NCBI GenBank assembly: GCA_030059665.1
Contig: JANVYR010000002.1
Location: forward strand, 416,001 to 480,000
Source: Candidatus Calditenuis fumarioli
GTDB lineage: Archaea; Thermoproteota; Nitrososphaeria_A; Caldarchaeales; Calditenuaceae
DNA length: 64,000 nucleotides
Reading direction: 5' to 3'
Shown: piece by piece, positions 57,222 to 64,000 of the stretch
How the letters are laid out: the number at the start of each line of letters is the position of its first letter
How positions within the stretch are numbered: position 1 is the first letter of the stretch
The notes under the pieces: generated by a model
The model's database searches: none
The model's input: the letters and a program-made list of their open reading frames with translations, nothing else
Told to the model about the DNA's origin: nothing
Translations under genes and position numbers: made by a program

Positions 57222-58904
57222 ATGGATCGTCCCATAATTCACAGGATACTGAAGCTTGCGCTTTTTGCCCTAGTCGTCTTGCTAGTATTATTACCAGTTG
57301 TATTCCTACTGCTCGCAAGCATAGGATTGGGACCTTTGGGACCTAAGACTAACATCACGCTAGGGAACTATCTAGCGGTATTAGAGGATCCATTTTTCGC
57401 GTCATCGCTGGTAAACAGCATCACTTTTGCTGCCCTCTCCTCATTAGTTGCAACAGGTCTCGGGTTCGTCCTGGCCTTCATCAACAGAGCGACTGATGCC
57501 CCTCTGGCTAGTGTTCTCCGCTCGGTGATGGTTGCAATGTTGGCAATGCCCAGCTTCCTTGAAAGCATCGGATGGACGTTTTTACTTAGCCCGAGAGCGG
57601 GGTTAGTTAATGTCATTTACTCGCGACTAGTTGGGGCGCAGGAGCCGCTTTTCAACATATACTCTTTCGCTGGATTGGTCTTCGCCATGGGGCTGAACCT
57701 GACACCGGTGTCCTTCTTCCTCATCAGCCCAGCTTTCTCGCTCATCGATAAGACCTTGATAGAGATGTCGACCGTCTTCGGTGGCGGTCTCTGGCGCACC
57801 ATATATCGCGTATATCTGCCTATAGTTTTGCCTTCTATCGTCTCAGCTTACATCTACACTTTCATAATCGGACTTGAGGCCTTCGACACCCCCGCAATAA
57901 TTGGCATACCTGCCGGAATCTATGTCCTGACGACCTCCATTTACAAGAAGATGGTCAGCGATATCCCTCCAGATTACGGCGGCGCAACAGCATATGCGGT
58001 TTTCCTTGCAGCGTTGGCGTCGGTTGCCCTTTGGTCGTATAGGTTCGTAGTCGCGCATGCCGAAAAATACGGGTCATTAACGGGTAGGGCAGAAGTTTCG
58101 CCAACACTTAGGTTGGGAAGAAAGTTAAAGTTCACAATCACGTTAATTATCATGACATATCTTGTAATTCACCCTATATCGGTTGTTGGCGTGTTAATTC
58201 TAGCCTCACTTCACTCCTTCTGGAACCCTAGCGTGCTCTTTCAGAACATAACGCTGGAGAATTTCCTCCTGTTCCTGACATATCCCTTGTCGTGGGTCGC
58301 TGCAATAAACAGCGCATTAGTGGCGCTCATCACCTGCATAGTTACTGTCATAGGCGGCTTGATGGTTTCGTACTTTTGTTACAGGAGACCATTTAAGGGG
58401 TCACACACTTTCGCTCTCATAACATCGCTTCCGTTGGCCGTTCCTCCGATGGTCCTCGCAATAGGCGTCTACTGGACGGCCCTCTTCTCGAACGTCGGGA
58501 TCTATGGGACCGTATGGGCTTTGGTATATGCCTATTCTCTCAGATACCTTCCCCTTGTAGTTAGATTGGTAGTTGGTCCTCTACTGCAGATAGGCAGAGA
58601 GATTGAGGACGCAGCGAGGATTTACGGTGGAATTTGGCGAAGTTTAACCAGGGTTATATTACCTCTTATGCGTGGACCCCTAATTTACGCAGCAACGTAT
58701 GTGACTGTTATAGTGTTAACGAACCTCAGCGTGGCAGTCCTCCTCGTAACTAAAGAGTCGGTCGTTCTGTCGACAACGCTGTATTCGTTGTGGAATACAG
58801 GGGAGCGGCTCGAAGCAACTGCTGGTGGACTCTTGTATTTTAGTGTAACGTTATCGGTCGCTCTTATCGGTAATTCGCTGCTGACTAAAAGCGATAGGCA
58901 ATGA
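57222..58904 (+). CDS. FbpB-type fused ABC permease
   Basis: Two permease halves; 'IEDAARIYG' EAA motif; 'FDTPAIIG'. Confidence 0.87.
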   Translation: MDRPIIHRILKLALFALVVLLVLLPVVFLLLASIGLGPLGPKTNITLGNYLAVLEDPFFASSLVNSITFAALSSLVATGLGFVLAFINRATDAPLASVLRSVMVAMLAMPSFLESIGWTFLLSPRAGLVNVIYSRLVGAQEPLFNIYSFAGLVFAMGLNLTPVSFFLISPAFSLIDKTLIEMSTVFGGGLWRTIYRVYLPIVLPSIVSAYIYTFIIGLEAFDTPAIIGIPAGIYVLTTSIYKKMVSDIPPDYGGATAYAVFLAALASVALWSYRFVVAHAEKYGSLTGRAEVSPTLRLGRKLKFTITLIIMTYLVIHPISVVGVLILASLHSFWNPSVLFQNITLENFLLFLTYPLSWVAAINSALVALITCIVTVIGGLMVSYFCYRRPFKGSHTFALITSLPLAVPPMVLAIGVYWTALFSNVGIYGTVWALVYAYSLRYLPLVVRLVVGPLLQIGREIEDAARIYGGIWRSLTRVILPLMRGPLIYAATYVTVIVLTNLSVAVLLVTKESVVLSTTLYSLWNTGERLEATAGGLLYFSVTLSVALIGNSLLTKSDRQ

Positions 58905-58916
58905 CCAGATGCGTCC

Positions 58917-59810
58917 TTACTTCGTTAGTTCTAGTTGGCGTATAACATTTCGGGATGGGACTCCATCTATCAATTTTCTATTCAGCATCCAGCTTGCAGC
59001 ACTATATAGTTCTTCATATGTATAAGGTTCCCATAAATTCCATTTATCAATAAGATTAACATCACTAAGGTCTGGAAGGTCAATGCCAATCTCACTCGCA
59101 AGTTGCAGCAAGTACTCCTCACACACCTTGTTATATTTTAATGCCTCCTTATTTATAATTTTAATTGCCTTATTAATCGCGTATATGAGGCTCCGAACTA
59201 CCCCATCGCTCAACCTATTAGACACAATCAGTACTGTTGGTCTCGTCCTACGGAGTTTGACTAGCTCGATCATTCCGTATAGTTTGGCTATTCTGTTCCA
59301 CGGTCCGAGGAGGACGGCTGCATCTACGGTCCCTTTAATTAACGCCTGAAATCTCTTATGAGGTTCAGAAATGTTGACGAGCTTCAATTCCCGCTCCGTT
59401 ACAAATGGTTCTAAGGCTTCCAGCAAATTGTATTTAGAACCGGTACCTTCCTCTACAGCGACAGCTTTGTACTTAAGGTCCGTAAGCGTTCTGATGTCAG
59501 AACCTTTCCTTGCGAACAATGTGAAGCTCGAGTTCAACGTCTCATCGCCTGGCGGAGATTTTGCTACCGCTTTCCCGTCCTCAGATATCAACAACCTAGC
59601 AACTGCAACCCACTCACCACAATGGTAGAAGTCTGTAATACCATCAGCCATCGCCCTGACGTAAGCCGAGGTTTTGTCGGGATATTTCGGCAGTCTGTTC
59701 CATTCTATTAACAACCCTTGCTCTCTGAAGAAACCCTCTCTGTCCGCGATCAGCTCGGGCAGATACCAGTGAAATGCCGCCGGATTGACCGCATACCTTA
59801 CCGTTGTCAT
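58917..59810 (-). CDS. SsuA/TauA/NMT1-like binding protein without signal peptide
   Basis: 'IADREGFFREQGL', 'DIRTLTDLKYKAVAVEEGTGS', 'GTVDAAVL'. Confidence 0.75.
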   Translation of the reverse strand: MTTVRYAVNPAAFHWYLPELIADREGFFREQGLLIEWNRLPKYPDKTSAYVRAMADGITDFYHCGEWVAVARLLISEDGKAVAKSPPGDETLNSSFTLFARKGSDIRTLTDLKYKAVAVEEGTGSKYNLLEALEPFVTERELKLVNISEPHKRFQALIKGTVDAAVLLGPWNRIAKLYGMIELVKLRRTRPTVLIVSNRLSDGVVRSLIYAINKAIKIINKEALKYNKVCEEYLLQLASEIGIDLPDLSDVNLIDKWNLWEPYTYEELYSAASWMLNRKLIDGVPSRNVIRQLELTK

Positions 59811-59961
59811 CCCATCTGTTATGTATGAACAGTTATAAAAGGAATTTTTAGGGTAGGTGTCGGTTAAAATATAGCCAGCTCCTCAGCGCGTAGGATATTG
59901 ATGATGAGCGAGGGATATAAATATCTTCTGGGATAAGATGTCAAATCATTTTCAATCATCG

Positions 59962-60651
59962 TCATTGAGAAGTTACGATATATTTCATGTATATTGCGTC
60001 CAATATCGCCCACTGAACGTCGCAGTTGAATTTTGCCGCCTTTATGCATTTCTTTAACTGCTCGCTGGATAATATCTTCTTCTCAATAGCTCGTGAGACG
60101 ATCTCTATCTCTTCTGTCAGATAACTCATTCGCTGGTAAAAGAACTCTAACCCTTCAGGTTCGATCCACTCGTATTTCTCAGAAAGCGCTTTCAACCTTC
60201 GTGGTAACTCGTCTATTAACATGCTTTCTGCGAGCGTTGCAGACATCGCATACAACCAATTGGTGTGCCTGACAAAGTCGAGATAAGAATTGACCGCCAT
60301 CTTCACCCCAGGTATGATTTTTGATTTCTCTAGGACCTGTCTTGGAATGCCAGCAGCCTTAGCGAACTCAGCCCATCCCTCGACATCGCCGAGATAACCA
60401 CCCAGCCCCTCCCTCTTGGACAACCTGATCAACCAGAGCTTCCTCAGTTCGGGATCAGTGCATTTTGATAATATCATGGCGTCCTTCACAGGAACGCATT
60501 TGAGGAAATAGTAGCGGTTTACTATCCATCCCCTTAGCTGATGAGGTGTCAATTTCCCAGAATAAAGTAACTTCATGAATGGGTGATGCCAGATATACTT
60601 AGCCTTTAAGGCCTCCCTGACCCTTTCGGCTAGGTTCAATGAACCCGACAC
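59962..60651 (-). CDS. pqqC: PqqC homologue (TenA/PqqC heme-oxygenase-like fold), probably with altered active site
   Basis: 'HHPFMKLLYSGKL', 'NRYY', 'KDAMILSKCTDPELRKLW', 'YEWI', 'QWAILDAI' align by eye with PqqC hallmarks; the 'DHDG' His reads 'KREG'. Confidence 0.75.
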   Translation of the reverse strand: MSGSLNLAERVREALKAKYIWHHPFMKLLYSGKLTPHQLRGWIVNRYYFLKCVPVKDAMILSKCTDPELRKLWLIRLSKREGLGGYLGDVEGWAEFAKAAGIPRQVLEKSKIIPGVKMAVNSYLDFVRHTNWLYAMSATLAESMLIDELPRRLKALSEKYEWIEPEGLEFFYQRMSYLTEEIEIVSRAIEKKILSSEQLKKCIKAAKFNCDVQWAILDAIYMKYIVTSQ

Positions 60652-60726
60652 GGCGGTTATCCCACATCATATAATAAAAGCCTTACTAAACCCGTCTGAA
60701 GACATAGACTACTGCCCCAATTGAAC

Positions 60727-61959
60727 TCACGGGGTATTGCTGCCCAGCTCAAGCATTATCGTCCACTCTGCCAAGGTGGGCATATCGTCCTCGTCAACGA
60801 TCCCCGTGTCCTTCAGGTAATCGAGGAAGCACATGGCCAGCGCCTTCCCGAACGGCCTGAGCTTTCCGTACTTCGAGAGCATTCCGAGACCCACAAGCTT
60901 CTCCAGCGTCTCGGCTCTGAGCCACTCTGGCGTCTTCAGCCCTAGGAAGACGTAGAAGCAAGACAGAACGTCGATGAAAGTCAAGTTCTCCGCGACGATC
61001 CTGCTCACCTTCTCAAGCGCCTGTGGGTTCTCCCTCATCCGTTGACTTATCTTGGAGAGCTTCCTTGGAAACTTAAGGACGACGTAGTTCATGAGGTTGT
61101 GGATCCTGTACTTCCACGTCTGAGCCTTCGATTCCGGAATCCTGCAGCCGCTCTCCGCTATTCTGTGGAGGAGGTCCCGGAAGGATCTGCCTAACGGAGT
61201 TAGGGAGACGCTGTCACCGTTAACCTTGATCATGCCGAACGTCCAGGCGTCGTGAAGGGCCCTCGATGCGTTTCTCTCGTCAAGCCCCATCGCTTTCAGG
61301 ACCGCATCGCACATCGCCCTTTCATACTTGGGTTCAACGACGAAGAGCAGGTACGCAGCGAGCTCGGGGTAGACGCTCGAGAGCAGCATTTTGAAGACGA
61401 GGGAACTCGTGCGGGCTGCACCGAGCCTGCTACCGTCCAGGACCCTTAGGGCGTTTACGAGCTGGGTGACCTTCTTCTTCTCCCTGGTCCTCTCCAGCCT
61501 CTCTGCACGAACCAGAAGCCCACCGAGTTGTTCCTTTAAGGCCGAGACGAGCCTCCCTATCCTCTCGTTCCCTGCAACCTTACGTCTCAGGATCAGTATG
61601 TCCTCGCCGAGGTCCCTGAGCTGAAAGCCGTGAGAGCTGAGGACCTCGGCCGCCATCAGGAAGAACTCGCGTCTGCTCACGAAGCGAGCGGTATCGGTGG
61701 TTCCGCGCGCCACCAGCAGGACGTTCTGTCCCCTCAAGCGGAGCTCCACATTGGTCGTCCATCCGTTCGGATCCATCGGGAACAGCACGGATAGCGAGGG
61801 GAACCTCTCGGCCAGCTGTTTCACCCTCAGCCCCTTGAACTCGTCCCTAAGCAGGACATCGCATCGAACCGTCTGCATTCCCCTCTCCTTTTCGATCAAC
61901 TTCTCCAGCTTCCTCAGCGCCTCTTCGGCCCTCCGAGCGGACCTCCCGGCTTTTCCCAT
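60727..61959 (-). CDS. hypothetical protein with two winged-helix-like motifs
   Basis: 'ASRALHDAWTFGMIKVNGDSVSLTPLG' and 'LEKLVGLGMLSKYGKLRPFG'; no family recognised. Confidence 0.6.
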   Translation of the reverse strand: MGKAGRSARRAEEALRKLEKLIEKERGMQTVRCDVLLRDEFKGLRVKQLAERFPSLSVLFPMDPNGWTTNVELRLRGQNVLLVARGTTDTARFVSRREFFLMAAEVLSSHGFQLRDLGEDILILRRKVAGNERIGRLVSALKEQLGGLLVRAERLERTREKKKVTQLVNALRVLDGSRLGAARTSSLVFKMLLSSVYPELAAYLLFVVEPKYERAMCDAVLKAMGLDERNASRALHDAWTFGMIKVNGDSVSLTPLGRSFRDLLHRIAESGCRIPESKAQTWKYRIHNLMNYVVLKFPRKLSKISQRMRENPQALEKVSRIVAENLTFIDVLSCFYVFLGLKTPEWLRAETLEKLVGLGMLSKYGKLRPFGKALAMCFLDYLKDTGIVDEDDMPTLAEWTIMLELGSNTP

Positions 61960-62105
61960 ACCTCAGAACTCGCTCCGGAAATTTTACTTAAGCGAGAGAG
62001 ACGGGCGAAAGTGGAGGCTAAGGTTGTAATGATAGGTTTATATTGAAGATAATGAAAGCGAGGAATGCGGAAAGCGGGGTAGTCGGCCCCGCAAGGTGAC
62101 CTCCT

Positions 62106-63059
62106 TTGTCCAAGGATAGTTCTGATCATCGAGCCGAATCGATGGGCCCCGGTGCCCCTGGGGTCTCGGGTTCCGGGGCCGATCTGAGGCAGAGGCTTCT
62201 GAGGAAGTACGCGGAGAAGGGTCTGCTGGTGATGACCGTAGTCGACGTCAACGTGGACGACGTGATCGTCGCGCTCTTCGAGGTGAGGCTGCTGCTACAT
62301 CTGATGAGGCGAAGTAGGACGTGGAGGAACACCGGGAAGCTGCTCTTCGTGAGGAGGGTCAACAGGATGTCGATGAGGGTGTACGGAAGGCCAGCGACGT
62401 CATGGCTGAGGTATGCTAAGAACCTGGACAACGACTGGGTCAACAAATCGGTTGCTCTCGTGAAGAGGTTCATGGCGAGGAGCAGCGTGGTCGTGATCGA
62501 GGACCTGGATCCCCAGAGGCTGAGGGAGAAGCTGAGGTCGAAGGATCCCGAGAAGGCATATTTGTTCAGCACGTGGCCCGTCGCTAAGATCCTGAGGAGG
62601 ATCAGAGCTGTAGCGGAGAGGGCCGGTAAGCTACTGGTGGTCCCGCCGAACTACACCAGCTCGATATGCATCAAGTGCCTGACGTTGATGGAGCACGACG
62701 AGGGGAAGTGGAGCAGGCTGAGGTGTCCTAAGTGCGGTTTCAGGGAGGACAGGGATCACGTCGCCGTCTGGAACCTCGCGAAGAGCGCGCTGGTGGTTCT
62801 CGGATTCCACTACCTCGACACGTACCTCGGAAGGAGCATCAAGGCGTATAAGGAGGCCGTCGACGCGCTGACGCCTGCGCTGACGAGAGCCCTCTCCCAA
62901 GGCCCCGAACCAGGGCCTGGGGTTTCGGAGGAGGGAGGGGAGGCGTCCTCCCCAGAACCCTCCCTGAGCTCCAGGCCAGCTCGGGGAGATCTGGGAGAGG
63001 GCGCTAATGAACCTTCCTCCGATGATGACCTCGGTAGCCAGAGGGGCCCGGTCCAGTGA
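62106..63059 (+). CDS. tnpB: TnpB/Cas12-like RuvC plus zinc-finger protein lacking the N-terminal lobe
   Basis: RuvC-I 'VVDVN' (D47), RuvC-II 'VVIEDL' (E132), 'YTSSICIKC...CPKCG', RuvC-III 'DRDHVAVWNL' (D217); no tnpA nearby. Confidence 0.75.
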   Translation: MSKDSSDHRAESMGPGAPGVSGSGADLRQRLLRKYAEKGLLVMTVVDVNVDDVIVALFEVRLLLHLMRRSRTWRNTGKLLFVRRVNRMSMRVYGRPATSWLRYAKNLDNDWVNKSVALVKRFMARSSVVVIEDLDPQRLREKLRSKDPEKAYLFSTWPVAKILRRIRAVAERAGKLLVVPPNYTSSICIKCLTLMEHDEGKWSRLRCPKCGFREDRDHVAVWNLAKSALVVLGFHYLDTYLGRSIKAYKEAVDALTPALTRALSQGPEPGPGVSEEGGEASSPEPSLSSRPARGDLGEGANEPSSDDDLGSQRGPVQ

Positions 63060-63110
63060 GAGACCCAACCGGGCCACAGGGACTTACTACCGGGGCTCTG
63101 CGGGAGAGCC
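62889..63110 (+). ncRNA. candidate omegaRNA/sotRNA-like structured element overlapping the tnpB-like 3' end
   Basis: 11-bp stem 62889-62899/62992-63002 encloses three hairpins; further hairpins at 63045-63075 and 63094-63110. Confidence 0.45.
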
Positions 63111-63323
63111 TTGGAAGGGCTCGCAGAAAAAGAAGGAGATGGCTGGCGAAGCGGGGCAACCGTCGGTGAAGCGGGATGGCAACAGAAGACGGGAGAAGCG
63201 AACGCAACCTCTCCCCAAAATCTATTTTTTGTTTTCATTCTGGTCGTAGCATGACGCATCTTCGGCACCGAACATAGACGTCGACTTCACATCACGACTG
63301 CGCGGCGCAAAAACCGCAAAGCG

Positions 63324-63398
63324 TGCCCCGGCCGGGATTTGAACCCGGGTCTCCGGCTCGAGAGGCCGGCATACTTGACCGGGCTATACTACCGGGGC
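63324..63398 (-). tRNA. tRNA-Glu(CTC)
   Basis: GCCCCGG/CCGGGGC acceptor, CCGGC-CT CTC GA-GCCGG, T-loop TTCAAAT; no intron, no CCA. Confidence 0.96.
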
Positions 63399-63613
63399 GT
63401 TTCCTTTCCCGGATCCGGTTCCCCGGATCGCCATCAGATCTCGTCGATCCCCTTCACATAAACGCTTTCCCGCCTTGAACGTCGGATCGGACGCCTCGCT
63501 TTCCCCCTCGCGCACCGATGGCTCTACCGAGGGCTCTATACCGATGGGTATGTCGAAACGCGACAGACGGCCGCAGAGTCTATAAATTATCGGTGGGAGG
63601 TTTGCGAGCAGAA

Positions 63614-63718
63614 GGGGCCGTGGCCTAGCAAGGTATGGCGGCGGGCTCCAGATCCTAGATGCTGGCCGGAGCGGGAGGTCAAACCCGCAGGTCGTGGGTT
63701 CGAGTCCCACCGGCCCCA
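63614..63718 (+). tRNA. tRNA-Trp(CCA) with 31-nt intron in the anticodon arm (nominally 63652-63682)
   Basis: GGGGCCG acceptor, GCGGG-CT CCA ... -CCCGC, T-loop TTCGAGT; removing 31 nt gives a 74-nt cloverleaf; TATA-like 'TATAAAT' about 30 nt upstream. Confidence 0.88.
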
Positions 63719-63851
63719 CACGTTCCTGAAACGCGTTCGATCTGCGTACTTCAAGCTCGATTGTGGTATGAGAATGGATTGCAGAATAACCCGTGAGATA
63801 TGAAACGGTCAGCTTAACAGGGACCACCACGGATTCACGTCCGTTCTCTTC

Positions 63852-64000
63852 TCAGGACTTCCTCCAGAAGACGGGAACGAACCTCTTGGACCTTCCGTAA
63901 TCGGGTGGCGGGGAACCGACGATCGCGATCTTGTAGCCGCAGCTGGGGCACCTGTTGTCCTTCGTCAGCCTCCAGTCCACGATGTCGAATCCGTAGCGCT
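63852..64000 (-). CDS. 3' end of a PflA-like/AmmeMemoRadiSam radical SAM enzyme (truncated by window end)
   Basis: '[28 protein letters not shown]' matches the typical C-terminus of that family. Confidence 0.65.
   Translation of the reverse strand, partial: RYGFDIVDWRLTKDNRCPSCGYKIAIVGSPPPDYGRSKRFVPVFWRKS

Noticed and set aside
62106-63300. Type V CRISPR-Cas (Cas12f/Cas14) locus
   Set aside because: No repeat-spacer array and no cas1/2/4 near the RuvC gene in this window.
63412-63429. 7-bp hairpin GATCCGG/CCGGATC upstream of tRNA-Glu
   Set aside because: Isolated, short and plausible by chance in GC-rich DNA.
63652-63682. tRNA-Trp intron acting as a box C/D guide, as in Euryarchaeota
   Set aside because: Only 31 nt long, with no CTGA D box or full C box.
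11744-63721. Direct repeat of tRNA 3' ends as attL/attR of a 52-kb integrated element
   Set aside because: Both copies belong to complete tRNAs, the interval contains core genes (rps19e, dys), and no integrase is present.

Overview
Archaeal chromosome segment. By inference it is a GC-rich thermophile of the Nitrososphaeria/'Aigarchaeota' type, based on rps19e, deoxyhypusine synthase, CCA-less and intron-bearing tRNAs, a TackOD1-like protein and an intein-containing RtcB. Bases 1-21.9 kb are GC-rich housekeeping DNA: valS, rtcB with intein, a large SF2 helicase, tRNA-Val, a two-intron tRNA-Arg, a frameshifted GT2 coupled to a TackOD1-like protein, dys, rps19e and a rhodanese. From about 21.9 to 60.7 kb lies a compositionally different accessory region. 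It has six membrane-anchored PQQ-dehydrogenase-like beta-propeller genes, two of which form an inverted mosaic pair sharing 247, 286 and 275 bp identical blocks. It also has two cupredoxins (one with Glu at the axial Met site), a CuA-like protein (Met to Gln), repeated NTF2-like plus 4-TM modules, a NosFY-like ABC pair, scattered ABC importers, and a PqqC homologue that keeps the basic ligand-binding residues but appears to lack the catalytic His/Tyr residues. The best candidate for an undescribed system is therefore an archaeal surface quinoprotein-copper electron-transfer and PQQ-handling locus. The right end holds an orphan winged-helix-like gene, a TnpB-like RuvC/Zn-finger protein lacking the N-terminal lobe and overlapped by a strongly base-paired omegaRNA-like segment, tRNA-Glu, an intron-containing tRNA-Trp, and the 3' end of a radical SAM gene. 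All family calls are from motif recognition by eye; no database searches were run.
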